A DNA stretch of 64,000 bases from Albugo candida. Its lineage: Eukaryota. This document shows, one piece after another, positions 1 to 12,458 of this stretch. Location of the stretch: positions 124,001 through 188,000 of the forward strand of contig JBDOQK010000039.1 of the NCBI GenBank assembly GCA_040437565.1, in the 5' to 3' direction. The position numbers and the translations under genes are program-made. The notes beneath the pieces were generated by a model that had not been told where the DNA came from, searched no databases, and saw only the letters and a program-made list of their open reading frames with translations. Position 1 is the first letter of the stretch, and every line of letters begins with the position of its first letter.

Positions 1-3000
1 TCTTCCGCCATCAGGAAGAAAAAGTTTACGACATGTTCGGGCTTTCCTGCGAATTTCTTGCGCAATTCTTCATCTTGAGTCGCAATTCCCACCGGACAAG
101 TGTTCAAATGGCATTTTCGCATCATGATGCACCCCAGAGCGATGAGAGGAGCAGTAGCAAAGCCAAATTCTTCAGCTCCCAACAAGGCGGCGATAATGAC
201 ATCCCGTCCAGTTTTCAATTGCCCGTCTGTCTGAAGACGAACGCGTGATCGCAAGTCATTCAAAACCAGTGTTTGTTGGACTTCAGCCAAGCCTAACTCC
301 CACGGAAGACCTCCATTTTTGACTCCTGTCCACGATGACGCGCCAGTTCCTCCATCGTGCCCAGACACCGTGATATGGTCGGATTTGGCTTTGGCCACAC
401 CTGCTGCTATCACGCCCACGCCCACTTCGGAGACCAATTTGACCGAGATCTCGGCAGCGGGATTGGAATGTTTGAGATCGTGTATAAGTTGCGCGAGGTC
501 TTCGATTGAGTAGATATCGTGATGTGGAGGAGGAGAAATCAGTCCAACTCCCGGTGTTGTGTGCCTCAAGGAGCCGATGTATTCGCTCACTTTATGACCG
601 GGTAATTCTCCTCCTTCGCCTGGTTTCGCACCTTGTGCCATCTTGATCTGCAGTTGATCTGCATTGGTCAAGTAATTCATTGTGACGCCAAATCGACCGG
701 ATGCTACTTGCTTGATCGCGGACCGCTTGAGATTGTGTTTGCCATTCTCTGGAATGAAGCGTGATTTGTCTTCTCCGCCTTCCCCCGTGTTACTACGCCC
801 ACCGATCGTGTTCATAGCTACGGCTAAAGCTTCATGCGATTCCTGTGAGATACTTCCCAGACTCATGGCTCCCGTATTGAATCGTTTGACGATTTCTGTA
901 ACACTCTCACATTCCTCAATCGGAGGCATCAAGTGTTCCTCTACAAAATGAAAGTCCAGCAAACCGCGCAAATTCACTTTCTTGCACAAATTATTGGTTT
1001 CATCGGCGTATTGCGCATAAGCTTCACGTGAATTGGTGCGAACGGCTTGTTGTAGCGCGACCATATTTTTTGGCGAATTGTAATGCACTTCCGAATCGTT
1101 TCGAAAATGATAGCTTCCAGGGTTACGGATTAGTGGGGGCAGATTCGAATGCGAGGGATACCCAGACTCATGAAGCCGCGCAATATCGGTGTACATTGCT
1201 TCAAAATCAGTTCCTTGGATTCGTGAGGTCGTTCCTTCAAAGCATAAATTGATAATATCTTCGCCCAAACCAACCGCCTCAAACACTTGAGCTCCTTTAT
1301 ACGATTGCAGTGTGGAGATTCCCATTTTGGACATCACTTTGAGAATTCCTTTGCCAACTGCCGCTCGATACTTTTCAAAAGCTTCTTCGTTGTTCAATTC
1401 ACTTTGACGAATCGAGCGTAAAAGTCCATCTTCATTCATTTTCTTGAGAGCTTCTTCGACCATGTAAGGGTTGATACCATCAGCTCCAAAGCCCAACAGG
1501 GTACAAAAATCATGGACTTCTTTGACGTCACCGCATTCAGTGAACAAAGCGACACTAGTTCGTTGTTGTGTTCGCAGTAGATGCTGATGCACAGCTCCCA
1601 TTGCAAGAAGAGATGGAACAGGATATCGTCCAACACCGGCTCTCGAATCAGACAAGATAAGAATGGGTGCATTTCCACGAGATATAGCATCAGTGGCTTC
1701 TTCACAGAGTCGATACAGAGCATCGACGAGTCCACGTGCCCCACTTTTAGCTTGAAAGGTGGCATCCAACACACAGGGAGTCCATTCAGTACGAATTGTA
1801 TCCTTCAAGTTTTGCATTTCTTGACTGGAAAGCACAGGATGCTCAACTAAAAGCCGTTTTGCATGTGACTCGGTGGCGTCTAAAATGTTCTTTTCAGGCC
1901 CTACGGGACATACTAGACTCATCACGAGTTCTTCCCGTATTGGATCGATGGGAGGATTAGTGACTTGTGCGAAAAGCTGTTTGAAGTACTCAAATGGTAG
2001 TTTTGGCTGCTCGGATAAGACAGCCAAAGGAGCATCATTTCCCATACTTCCCAATGCTTCTTTTCCTGATAAAGCCATTGGCATCATAAGAAGCTCCATA
2101 CTTTCGGTAGTGAAGCCAAACATATTGAGTCGTCGATTTACTTCTCGGAGATTCTTATTCTGCCGCTTCTTCTTCAGTTGTGATGCGGCCACATTTGCAG
2201 TATCCAGACTTGAGCGTTCCTTCGCGAGTATCGCCTCGAGACAGAGTTCATTTAGCGTGACCATGTTGTCATCCAGCCACGTTTGAAAAGGACGACTCTG
2301 ACCGACATGCTGCTTCACTTCGGTATCGGAGACGATCTTCCCATTCTCGAAATCGACTAGGAACATTTTTCCAGGTTCTAGACGACGTTTTGCTTGTATA
2401 TCCTTCTCACTCAAGTCTTCCAAAACACCGATTTCGCTTGATAAGATCACATGGTCGTCTTTTGTAATGTAATAACGACTTGGTCGTAAGCCATTACGAT
2501 CTAGTGTTGCTCCAATATACTTTCCATCGGTGAAAGCCATCATAGCTGGCCCGTCCCAAGGTTCCATCAAGCAGGATTGGTACTTGTACATATTTTTCTT
2601 GTAATCTTCAATGCACGTATCATTCTGCCACGCTTCCGGGATCATCATCATCATTGCTTCTGGAAGGGAGCGATTACAGGAGCTAGCTTTAGTCAGTAAT
2701 TCCAGCACAGAATCAAAATTTCCCGAGTCTGACTTTGTATCCGAGCAAACGGGTAGTAAATCTTGTGTACGATTTCCAAAGTAGTTGCTGTGTAGAGTGC
2801 CTCCACGAGCAAACATCCAATTTTTATTCCCACGTAATGTATTGATTTCTCCATTATGACACATAATTCGATTCGGTTGAGCTCGATCCCATGAAGGGAA
2901 TGTGTTGGTAGAGAATCGAGAGTGAACTAACGCAACATACGCCTCAAAGTCGATTTCCTTGAGATCATCAAAATATTCAAAAAGCTGTTGAGGAGTGAGC

Positions 3001-3809
3001 TGTCCTTTGTACGTGATCGTCCGATTACTGAGCGAACAAATATAAAAATCAGCATTCTTCTCATTCATGGTGGTCACCGACGACCGTAATCGGTACAACT
3101 CCTTCTCAAAATCATCGCCTTTCAGTGTGGCGGTATTCGAATTTAAAATAATTACCTGTTCTACATGCGGCTCTGAAGCCAGAGACGTTGCGCCAAGTGT
3201 TTTGGGGGTTGTTGGAACTCGCCGCCAGCCAAAAACCTTTAATCCGATAGTTTCGCCAACATCCTGGAATGTTTTCCGGCAAGATTCAATCATGTCGATA
3301 TTACTTTTATTGAAAAATACGTTCCCGATCGCGTAATGTTCAGGCTGAAGTATGGACGGATTGGCTCGGAATGCTTTTGCAGCTTCCAAGCCAAACTCAC
3401 CATCTTGGACCACACGGTGAATAAATTTATGTGGCAGCGAAATCAGCATCCCAGCGCCGTCGCCGGAAGCAGGATCACAGCCACAACCGCCGCGATGAGA
3501 CATACGGACGAGCATTTCATTTGCTCTCATTACAATTTGACGTGAAGGCTTTTTCTTTAGGGATGCAATCATCCCGACACCACAGCTATCGCGCTCATAT
3601 TCTTCCCGATATAATCCTTTTTTCTCGAAAATCGATCGTTTGTCTTGCCCATTTGGTATCGTTCGAAAGGAACGCCACCATGTCTGATTTGTTGTACAAT
3701 TTGTTGGATGGGCGAGTTGTTTATTTGCTTCCCTTATCGCACGTGAGAGCCTCGAGGTGTTTAAGGCGACTGCATGTCTTCCTCGGCTGAATTGTACAGA
3801 ACGAAGCAT
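1..3809 (-). CDS. GLT1: Glutamate synthase (GOGAT), N-terminal ~1270 codons; continues beyond the window's left edge
   Basis: Manual translation of segments: ATG at 3809 ([12 protein letters not shown]...), in frame with ERDSCGVG (Ntn Cys at codon 76), [60 protein letters not shown], and the 3Fe-4S motif [19 protein letters not shown] near position 100. Both ends share a frame, consistent with no intron. Confidence 0.97.
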   Translation of the reverse strand, partial: MLRSVQFSRGRHAVALNTSRLSRAIREANKQLAHPTNCTTNQTWWRSFRTIPNGQDKRSIFEKKGLYREEYERDSCGVGMIASLKKKPSRQIVMRANEMLVRMSHRGGCGCDPASGDGAGMLISLPHKFIHRVVQDGEFGLEAAKAFRANPSILQPEHYAIGNVFFNKSNIDMIESCRKTFQDVGETIGLKVFGWRRVPTTPKTLGATSLASEPHVEQVIILNSNTATLKGDDFEKELYRLRSSVTTMNEKNADFYICSLSNRTITYKGQLTPQQLFEYFDDLKEIDFEAYVALVHSRFSTNTFPSWDRAQPNRIMCHNGEINTLRGNKNWMFARGGTLHSNYFGNRTQDLLPVCSDTKSDSGNFDSVLELLTKASSCNRSLPEAMMMMIPEAWQNDTCIEDYKKNMYKYQSCLMEPWDGPAMMAFTDGKYIGATLDRNGLRPSRYYITKDDHVILSSEIGVLEDLSEKDIQAKRRLEPGKMFLVDFENGKIVSDTEVKQHVGQSRPFQTWLDDNMVTLNELCLEAILAKERSSLDTANVAASQLKKKRQNKNLREVNRRLNMFGFTTESMELLMMPMALSGKEALGSMGNDAPLAVLSEQPKLPFEYFKQLFAQVTNPPIDPIREELVMSLVCPVGPEKNILDATESHAKRLLVEHPVLSSQEMQNLKDTIRTEWTPCVLDATFQAKSGARGLVDALYRLCEEATDAISRGNAPILILSDSRAGVGRYPVPSLLAMGAVHQHLLRTQQRTSVALFTECGDVKEVHDFCTLLGFGADGINPYMVEEALKKMNEDGLLRSIRQSELNNEEAFEKYRAAVGKGILKVMSKMGISTLQSYKGAQVFEAVGLGEDIINLCFEGTTSRIQGTDFEAMYTDIARLHESGYPSHSNLPPLIRNPGSYHFRNDSEVHYNSPKNMVALQQAVRTNSREAYAQYADETNNLCKKVNLRGLLDFHFVEEHLMPPIEECESVTEIVKRFNTGAMSLGSISQESHEALAVAMNTIGGRSNTGEGGEDKSRFIPENGKHNLKRSAIKQVASGRFGVTMNYLTNADQLQIKMAQGAKPGEGGELPGHKVSEYIGSLRHTTPGVGLISPPPHHDIYSIEDLAQLIHDLKHSNPAAEISVKLVSEVGVGVIAAGVAKAKSDHITVSGHDGGTGASSWTGVKNGGLPWELGLAEVQQTLVLNDLRSRVRLQTDGQLKTGRDVIIAALLGAEEFGFATAPLIALGCIMMRKCHLNTCPVGIATQDEELRKKFAGKPEHVVNFFFLMAE

Positions 3810-3975
3810 CTGACGCACCAAAACGAATCGTTCCTTCACAAGAGATAGCGTGGACCACAAAACATTAGAGTGTTCGACTGCGCAGGAACCTTGTGAAAAG
3901 GCACACATTACGACTGTTTGGGTCGCGCTTGGTTGGACTTGTCACATTGCGACGATCTCTGACTGACAACAGAAA

Positions 3976-4585
3976 ATGAGCTACAATGCTGCGCATCATC
4001 CATACAATCAGAGTAGTGAAGTCCGTGTGTCAATGATGGATTCAGCAACACCACCTGCTATTGCACAAGGAGTCGACAAGAATGGCTTGCTTCTAGGTCG
4101 CTGGAGACGAGGAATTTGCAGTTCCTCAATCGAACATTTAGTTCCCAACAGTAAGAACGCTATTATTCATGTTTTGTATCAAGTGTAATTGCTTTCTCGT
4201 GTAACTCACAGCGTTGATGTCATTCGTTTGTCCTGGAGTTTCTTTGGCTCAGATTTCAGCTCGGCTTGGCTTACTAAGCTACTCTTACGTGGTTCTTTAC
4301 TTTGTTTTGCTGTATGCGCTATGCATCGCTGCAGCTGTGACGAAAAACAGCTTTCTTGTAGCAATTTGCATTTTCTTATCGCTCATCGTACTTTACAGTC
4401 ATATGCGTCTTCGTTGGAGAATTCGACAATTATTTTCAATTCCCGGATCAATTTTGGAGGATTTTATATACACAACTTTTCTTGGATCCTTTTCAATTTG
4501 TCAATTGGCCGCTCATGTAGAATCATATGTTCCTGGTGATTGTACATTTTCCCCAAGAGCTACGCTACCGGGCTATCACTATTAA
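3976..4585 (+). CDS. PLAC8 (Cys-rich) family membrane protein, 2 exons
   Basis: Exon 1 GRWRRGIC..., intron 4151-4211 (gtaag...cacag) joins in frame to LMSFVCPGVSLAQISARLG ... RLRWRIRQLFSIPGS..ED.....F...SICQLAAHV, the PLAC8 pattern. Confidence 0.85.
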
Positions 4586-4661
4586 TGTAGCATTGTGGTG
4601 ACTAGAGCGCTTCATGCATCTGAATTCATATCAATCTTTATTAATCAACAAACGATCTAGT

Positions 4662-5339
4662 TTACGTCCATTCCACATGTTTTCCACTTTCCCACACACC
4701 TTTTTGTTTTGTTCCGTTGCGATAAATGGCTCCTTCGCCATGACGTAAACCTTTTCTCCAATTCCCTTGATAGAACTCACCTTTGACAGCGTCAAACTCT
4801 TTGCCAAAGCCATCTTTCAAGCCTTCCAGCCACAAACCCTCGTAGTAGCTCGAGTCTGCCCAAGTGTATCGACCCTGTCCGTGCATTCTTCCATTGTTCC
4901 ATTCTCCCTCGTAAATGCAGGAACCTATACCTCCATCATTTTGCTGACGTCCATTTCTACTCGACCGTTTGGTGTTCGTAGACACACCGAATTCCATCTT
5001 CCCATGCCCGTGTTTTCGGCCCTTAAAGAACGAGCCTTCGTATCGACTTTGACTGATACCCCGATACAGTACACCATGACCATGGAATAAATCGTTTTGG
5101 TATTCGCCATTGTAATAATCACCGCTCTTGAGCCAGCGTTCTTTGCCATTTCCATGTTTCTCGCTTTGCCTCCATGTTCCATCATACACAACACTACCAT
5201 TCTCTGTTGTAAATGTACCCGCCCCATGACGAAGACCCTTATGAAATGCTCCGATGTAAATGTCTCCATTGTGGAATCGCAGTTGGCCTTGACCTTGCCG
5301 AATACCATCAACACTTTCTCCTATGTATGTGCCTTCCAT
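4662..5339 (-). CDS. MORN-repeat protein; 5' end may extend upstream through an intron
   Basis: About 8 YxGxWxxGxxHGxG repeats. An acceptor-like ctgatttgcccag lies just upstream in an open frame. Confidence 0.9.
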   Translation of the reverse strand: MEGTYIGESVDGIRQGQGQLRFHNGDIYIGAFHKGLRHGAGTFTTENGSVVYDGTWRQSEKHGNGKERWLKSGDYYNGEYQNDLFHGHGVLYRGISQSRYEGSFFKGRKHGHGKMEFGVSTNTKRSSRNGRQQNDGGIGSCIYEGEWNNGRMHGQGRYTWADSSYYEGLWLEGLKDGFGKEFDAVKGEFYQGNWRKGLRHGEGAIYRNGTKQKGVWESGKHVEWT

Positions 5340-5562
5340 CAGCGACGCATCAAGCCATAAATAACCCTGGGCAAATCAGCAGATTGCACATACACATACA
5401 CACTCGATTTGTGGCTCAAATGGGAAGCGGTTTAGCGCTAAAGGATAGAAATAAATAGCTCAGATAGTGTTCATTTATCAATTACTGCCAACTAGGAAAC
5501 ACAAAATGAAGTTTTGGTGCCAATCAAAGCCCTATGAAGCCACGCAAAGCCCATGGACTCCA

Positions 5563-6990
5563 TTATCTGCTAGAGATAATACAACCATCGATGCAAGCTA
5601 ATAACTTGTTATACACGTCACTACTTTTGACAGAAACTCTACCGTAGCCATCATGAGCATGCAATTTATCTTTCTCGGTGGCATCCATGATCCAGTAAGA
5701 CGCCTGCCGATCATTTGCCACTATGCGTTGCGTATGCTCAGGACATTGTCGAGGATTTGCCTGTGCAAACTTGGTATATGTGGACCTGAGTGAGTTTGAT
5801 GGAATCCATTGCATTTGACTGCCATATGACTTTCTATTCTCCTCAGGACTTCTCAGCTTCGGTCTGAATTCGGATATGATATTGTCAAACGAAAGCAGCA
5901 CATCTGATTGTGGCGAGGTTGTTTGTTCAATGGAGGAGCTACCGCTTCTGTCAAGCGTTTGTGAATAGTCTGGCCGTTCTTTTTGAAGAGGTTGGGAATC
6001 TCGTAAAAGTCGATTGTTGTTTCCATTCAAGTTTGAGGAATACAATTCAGGCTGCGTGACTTGCGGAAAGATCATGTTCAAGACATAAGGAGTTGCACTT
6101 TTTTCTGCATTCGATGAATTCCTCATAGTTTGACTTGGAAGGTCATGATTGAAGCTTTCTCGGTATTCGACATAATTTTCTCGAGTTGCGTTCCAATTCG
6201 TATTCTGGCAGGAAGGACCCCGCAAGCTTGATTGCTGTGAAGCGTGACTGCTCAATCCAGTCGTCATAGGTGAAACAAAAGTCCCCGCATACATTTTTCG
6301 TTCTTTCCGTTTGATCGATCGCATCTTTTCCTTGTTATCGCGGACAAAACAAGGATGGCTAAATGTACAGATGTCGGTTTGTGTTTTAGTCCATTTCTTG
6401 AATCCAAAATAATTTAATTGACGCTGAAAACTGGAGACATTTCGATGCTTGAAATAATTTGGTAATATTTTAGCTGCAAGCAATGTAGGTTGTTTGACTT
6501 GAAATGCGGTCCCACGATGAGACCATGCAATAATCATAGGATCTTCTTCTTGGAGAATTTCATACAAACAGCGTAAGAACTTTGGTACACTCACATTACG
6601 CCTTCGAATATAGTGAAGTTCCACATTCGCTTTGGAAACGGTCAGAACGGGTTGATACTCTTCAGATCCCACAATGTCCATACATGTTTCATTTCTGCAA
6701 TGTGTCGCCGTAGAATTCGATACGGGAGAAGTACGATTGCTTTTCCAATTGCCTGAGTCTTGCTGATGTGATAGTTTGGTACAATGTGAGCGCGGAGTGG
6801 AATGATCGTAAAAGACATTGCTTCCTTGTTCGTCTTGGACTCGACATAAAGTTGCAGCCGCTGCAGTAGTAGACGGCGATCGATAGGAAGGTACAAGGGA
6901 TGGCAGTAGATAACTAGGCGTTTTCGCTTCTTTCCAAAAATAGTTTGGATGCAGGCTGGATGTGGATGATAATGTCGTGGCTCTTGCCAT
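5563..6990 (-). CDS. HSF-type DNA-binding transcription factor
   Basis: PKFLRCLYEIL...IIAWSHRGTAFQV...LPNYFKHRNVSSFQRQLNYFGFKK...FSHPCFVRD is the HSF DNA-binding domain. Confidence 0.93.
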   Translation of the reverse strand: MARATTLSSTSSLHPNYFWKEAKTPSYLLPSLVPSYRSPSTTAAAATLCRVQDEQGSNVFYDHSTPRSHCTKLSHQQDSGNWKSNRTSPVSNSTATHCRNETCMDIVGSEEYQPVLTVSKANVELHYIRRRNVSVPKFLRCLYEILQEEDPMIIAWSHRGTAFQVKQPTLLAAKILPNYFKHRNVSSFQRQLNYFGFKKWTKTQTDICTFSHPCFVRDNKEKMRSIKRKERKMYAGTFVSPMTTGLSSHASQQSSLRGPSCQNTNWNATRENYVEYRESFNHDLPSQTMRNSSNAEKSATPYVLNMIFPQVTQPELYSSNLNGNNNRLLRDSQPLQKERPDYSQTLDRSGSSSIEQTTSPQSDVLLSFDNIISEFRPKLRSPEENRKSYGSQMQWIPSNSLRSTYTKFAQANPRQCPEHTQRIVANDRQASYWIMDATEKDKLHAHDGYGRVSVKSSDVYNKLLACIDGCIISSR

Positions 6991-7489
6991 TTCGAATTTG
7001 CACGTGTACGCTTTCTAGTACTGATGAAAGAGCTGTTGTGACTTATACACTGAACAACTGCAAATGTTTCCTGCCCCTGATTCCATCTTTAATTGGACTT
7101 TATGCGCACCCTTTCCATTTTCCTGACATTTCAATTTCAGTATGAAAGTGCTTACGTCTTGAGCCACATTTGCTTTTCGAAATACGATGCTAAGTCACTT
7201 TTGAGAATAATGGAAGAAATTAATGGAAGGAGATTGAAATAGAAGAATTGATCGGTTTCGACGTCGCGATAGAGGAGATGTCAATCGTGAAGATCGCTAT
7301 AAATGTACCATAATGACAGCTGAAGCAAATTCAGCCTTCCACATTTTTACATGTCGCACTAAAATCAAGTGAACAGCGACAAGTGTACAACTCTATGGAT
7401 CATTCGAAAATTTACTCAGGTAGAATTTCGATAGATTGCTTTACAAACAAAAAGACTGCACAGTTAGGTCCCTTATACATTTCACTAAA

Positions 7490-8714
7490 TCAAGCGAAAC
7501 TGGTCATTTTCGTTATAGATTCCACATCCGCGAGATCCTTGGACATGACAGGGAATGAAGCATCCGTTGCAATCCCACACTGGTTAGCCTTGTTTCGAGA
7601 CATCATGATATAACCTTGCATTCCCCAGCTTGGTCCCCAAGAGTTTTTCACCAGCCAAAAGTCGTGATTGTGGGATACGCCATATCCGGCTACTGCCACT
7701 CCATGGTCCAAACCGTCCGACGTATTCGCACAAAAGGGCCAATTATACACACCATGACGGTACAATTGGAAGGTGAAGCTGGAAGCATCTATCGCGACAG
7801 AGACCACGCTTTTGGTCGCCACAGCCGCTTGAAGAGCTGTTTCGTCTCCAGTGGTTACGTTCAAGTAAGATGTGAAATGGCCAACAGCTCTGTCATCTTC
7901 GGCGCGACAAATGCCTCTGGAGACTGCAGTATACTTGTACACTTCTTCGGGGTCAATTTTTCCTTTATGATGCTGAACGATTTCTTCAAAACCATCGTGC
8001 ATTTCACCACCATGATTACACGTGTCAACACCGCCCATCGTACAGTCGACAAGTTCTTGTTCGGAAAAGGATACCAGATTCCCCGTTGAAATCGCGTACA
8101 CTGATTCAAGTGCAGCCACAGCAGAAAACGCCCAACAGGAACCGCATTGACCTTGATTCTTGACGGGCGTCACCGCGTCATGAGAACGCCAGTCCCAAAT
8201 ATCTGGTACATCTTTCGCAGATTCGGCATCAAAATATCCGGCGGCATAACGACCATCCGAGTTTACATCGCGTCGTTTGTAACCTAGCATCTGCTTGTAC
8301 TCGATATCCGTCAGGTCTGCAATCTCTAAATTCGTTTGGGTGATAAGTCTTAGGTAGTTGAGTCTCTAGATAAATCACAAACCATTCAGGCCGAGTTCAA
8401 ACGTGAATTCTCCTGCTTGAAATTTGGCATTGTGTGATTCGATACGCTTCATATTCACTTGAAAAGCCTGAGTGCAACATTGATTACGCGACCTCGTTAT
8501 ATACGCGTACATAGTATACCTTGAATCTTTTTTGTACAAGATCATGATCTTTATTGTAGTACAGGTACTGTTTGCCGTATTCTATCGCGTACTCGACAAA
8601 GGCGGTCCATACAGTTTGTTCGTCACCACTGACATCGTTGACGGAAAGGTAGGCGGAACCGGTTGCAACATAATAGGTCAACAACCAAGCAATACAGCCC
8701 AGATTCCAGTGCAT
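7490..8714 (-). CDS. Secreted cathepsin L-like papain-family (C1A) cysteine protease with I29 propeptide, 3 exons
   Basis: Signal-peptide-like [21 protein letters not shown]; spliced propeptide [25 protein letters not shown]; catalytic [14 protein letters not shown] and KNSWG. Confidence 0.95.
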
Positions 8715-8751
8715 CGTTACAAAAGCGGATAGAGAAAGGAGAAAGATCGCA

Positions 8752-8782
8752 GAAAAAATGGAATGATTTTGATTCGGCTAAT
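8752..8782. promoter_or_regulatory. Candidate core-promoter elements in the cathepsin/DPH5 divergent gap (INR/FPR-like and CCAAT-like)
   Basis: Minus strand TCATTCCATTTTTTCT resembles the oomycete INR+FPR element. Plus strand TTTGATTCGGCTAA is an imperfect match to the TGATTGGCT CCAAT-type box. Both matches are partial. Confidence 0.3.
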
Positions 8783-8821
8783 TTCTAGGCTTGGCCTAGT
8801 TTGTGTAATTTACATCAACAA

Positions 8822-9736
8822 ATGCTCTACATCATTGGCCTCGGTTTGGGTGATGAAAATGACATCACTCTACGCGGTCTCCAGGCTGTGAAAGAATGCC
8901 AGAAAATTTATTTGGAATACTATACATCGTTACTTGGAGTGGATCCTACAAAGCTGGTATGTATGTCAATGGCTCATACAGAAGTTTCATACTGAATTTG
9001 CGTAGAGTGATTTGTATGATAGAGAGATAACCATCGCGGATCGCGATTCTGTAGAGTTAGAAGCTGATGAAATATTGAAGCACGCAAAAGATGGAAATTC
9101 TGCAGCTTTCTTGGTTGTCGGCGATCCGCTTTGGTACGTTCTATAAATAATTCTCTGATTTACCGTGATATGCTTACATATTTGCTGATCAGTGCAACAA
9201 CTCACACAGATCTCATATTGCGGGCTAAGGAACAGAATATCAATGTACAAGTGATACATAATGCCTCTGTGATGGGTGCCGTAGCATCTTGCGGTCTGCA
9301 ATTGTATAATTATGGCCAGACAATCTCCATTCCGTTCTTCACTGCCAACTGGAAGCCGGACAGTTTCTATGATAAGATAAAGTATAATCGAAATGGTGGC
9401 ATGCACACGCTTTGCTTACTTGACATCAAAGTAAAAGAACCAGATTACGAAGCTTTATCACTTGGCAAAAAACGAACACTACCACCGCGGTTCATGACCG
9501 TGAATCAGGCAATTGAGCAGCTACTTTATATTGAGGAGCAGCGAAACGAAAGAGCTTACACGTCTGATAGTTTATGCGTTGGCTTGGCAAGACTCGGGCG
9601 AAGCGATCAGAAGATCGTTGCTGGGACTCTGGGACAGCTTCAAAGCATCGACTTTGGTGCACCTTTACATTCTCTCATCATTGCAGGCGATGTTCATGTG
9701 GTGGAGAAAGAAATGCTCGCTCAGTATTACATTTAA
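8822..9736 (+). CDS. DPH5: Diphthine methyl ester synthase, 3 exons
   Basis: [97 protein letters not shown]. Two short GT-AG introns. Confidence 0.97.
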
Positions 9737-9859
9737 TAGGATCAGATGAAATTCAATATCTTGCGGTATCATACTACCTGGCCTAGCGCCTTCCAATAGC
9801 AGCTCAATTATAGTAAGTCGTCATTGCACTTCCAATGCAGTAGAAAGTACCGGTGGACG

Positions 9860-10873
9860 TCATCGTGCTTCCAATACACTAGATTTCTTCACGTAATCAA
9901 ATAGAGTCGCTTCGATGTCTGCAAATGGCAAATTTTCAACTGCTGTCATACTATAATCACGCTCGTAGTCGCTATACTTCCCGAAACATTGGCTTATGCC
10001 CCATTTAGAAAAATCTTTGGCACCATCATTGATACGCACATGAAATCGGGAGAGATCAGCGGTATTGTACTCCTGAATATGAGTCCACACAGAATGCATA
10101 TTGTCGGCAACTAGTTTTTGCTTATTTCGATGTAAGAAAATGATATTCCCGTCGGGATCGTGCTGAACAATAGACTGACCGCAAAAAAGTTTCTTTTCAC
10201 GCAGTAGGATACCGGCTGATCCAGGTGGTCCAGCGATAAAATGGAAACTAGAATTGGTTGTCATCCACGCAAATCGAAACANNNNNNNNNNNNNNNNNNN
10301 NNNNNNNNNNNNNNNNNNNNNNNNNNNNNNNNNNNNNNNNNNNNNNNNNNNNNNNNNNNNNNNNNNNNNNNNNNNNNNNNNCTTTTGACCTGTAGCAGCG
10401 GTTGCTGGTGGGTTTGGCTTGAACGCTTTTGCTTGAAGTGCGTGGCCAAGCACATTTCGAAATTCGTGACATGGAATTTCGACCTTCGTTCGTGTTGCAC
10501 CGCATCTCCGATTCAGCACAAACCTCTTTTCACCGGTGATGCGATGCTGGATTTCGCAATAGCCTGACGCACTACCTTTGATTGGAGCTGAGCAATTCAG
10601 CGTTCGAATAGACGCTCCAGTAGGACTGCAATCTGCTGTGTGATGGAATTGTACGCATTCATACTGCTCCAATTCCTGTAAATCAGTAAATGGGCGCCAT
10701 TGTACGGCATTGCTTTTCCGCTCTGTCGTAGAAGCAAACGTGTTGGCGTACATCTCATCGTGCGCTTTGAGTAAATTCTGAAACATATTGTGACGAGAAA
10801 CATAGAAAATGCTTACTAAGCAAATACATATACCCAGAAACAGAGATATCAGCACGCGTTGAAGCCGATTCAT
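9860..10873 (-). CDS. GT71 alpha-mannosyltransferase-like (MNN2/MNN5 family) paralog A; central part lost in an assembly gap
   Basis: N-terminal TM anchor, collinear with paralog B at 16930-18807. Retains FRFAWM...GQSIVQHDPDGNIIFLHRN. Confidence 0.85.
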   Translation of the reverse strand: MNRLQRVLISLFLGICICLVSIFYVSRHNMFQNLLKAHDEMYANTFASTTERKSNAVQWRPFTDLQELEQYECVQFHHTADCSPTGASIRTLNCSAPIKGSASGYCEIQHRITGEKRFVLNRRCGATRTKVEIPCHEFRNVLGHALQAKAFKPNPPATAATGQKXXXXXXXXXXXXXXXXXXXXXXXXXXXXXXXXXXFRFAWMTTNSSFHFIAGPPGSAGILLREKKLFCGQSIVQHDPDGNIIFLHRNKQKLVADNMHSVWTHIQEYNTADLSRFHVRINDGAKDFSKWGISQCFGKYSDYERDYSMTAVENLPFADIEATLFDYVKKSSVLEAR

Positions 10874-12458
10874 TTTAGCTGGTTTGCATACAAATTAATT
10901 ATTAAACGTAAGGCACCAATGAGAGTGATCCGTCGCAATCAATTGACCAGATCGCTTGTTCATTACAACCGCCAAGTGACCCCTAGCTTTTTATATGAGG
11001 AGGGGTTTTCCTGCCCCTTGCTTCTTTCTTTCTAAATCTTACAGCGGTGACGAGGCGTTTCTTTTGCTGATAGGTAATGATTCCTTGTATCATTGAAGCT
11101 CGGACTTAACCAGAGATGGTTGATGCATGATTGACAACAAGAACAGCCACAACAGCGTCTGGGTCTTGCAAATGGATGCGAGAAAACTTCAGGGATTCAC
11201 AACCGCACTTTTAATCGATGTACAAGGGACGCAAACTGATCGGATGCTAACGCAGCGTGCAACGCAGCCTTTTAGAAATTGAAGGGGGAGATTAGAGCTT
11301 ATATGCAGGAAATCGCAACAACGTACTGATCAGGTGGGATCCTCTCTGCACCGAAAATCAATCCTATTTCTTTTTTGGCTGATCGATGTGCTTGTACTAT
11401 GATTGAAGGAACGCGAGGAGTATATCACCCATCGAGAACTTTTGGAATCTCGGAGGCTGCAAGTAGAGGAATTCTAGCTGTCAGCGGAGAATATTAGCAT
11501 CCGGTCTACATCTTGGAATAATCTTCTAGGGTTGCTGTAGACCACAAGAACATTGTTCCTGCTTTCTGTACCAAGAATCGAATGAGCTGTTTGAAGTTGT
11601 GAGTCCGGTTTATGAAATGCTATCGAGGTCCATTTTGAAAGACTGGCTGCTTCATTATGAGCACGATGATAATTTTAACTTTCGCCAAACAGTATTTTGA
11701 GAGGAGTCCAGCTGGAGGTATTACAACAACGACATTTGATATGATACAGACTCACAACCTCGCACACACTGAAGTCGTTCTTATTGAGAGCAATTACCAC
11801 AGTCAATACAGCTAATCAAGCACAATATCCTACCCTTATTAGCTTACCTCGGTTGGCACACATAAAGTTCCTTTTTCTGCCGGGAAAAGATGCGTGATGA
11901 CCCATTTACCTCTTCTCGTGTCCTAATGTCGTCCTATGACAAATACTTGATCAATCATAATCATAGAAAATCAATGGACGAGTATACGACTGTGACCGAT
12001 GTTGATGTCGGAAGGAGGCATTCAATCTCAGGGAGCCCGACTAATTCAAAATAGGACGTTCTTTCCACATGGCAAGCTAGTTCTACACAACCACACCTAC
12101 TGAGCGAACATGGGATGCTTTCCACGTGGTTACTATGGTTGAGGAGAATTGAAATCCATTTTCAACAAGCTTCAAAGCAATGATTTAACAAGTAAAGACG
12201 CTCACACGATTACTAGGTGAGTTGAAAAAGGCTCGGTTTTACAAATGCTTTGGAAAAACAAGCATTGCAACGAATGGAGGTACAACGCACGCCAAATCAT
12301 CGCTGGGTTCAAACAACGGCGCTGGAACATCGCTCGTGAAGTGATTTAATATAATGAGTTTGATGAAGCTAATATGGAAGATTTGCTTTGGATGAAGCAC
12401 ATGTGAAAGGGAAGCTCGGGCTTACCCGGAAAAGTGAGACAAATGAGGTCCCTCCAAG

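Noticed and set aside
5492..5565. TAATG stop-start overlap after HSF suggesting operon-like coupling to the MORN gene
   Set aside because: The downstream frame closes after 23 codons and I could not splice it convincingly to MORN, so it is likely chance.
10950..12450. Protein-like fragments suggesting a further pseudogene or TE
   Set aside because: Many stops and no motif I can name. It needs a homology search.
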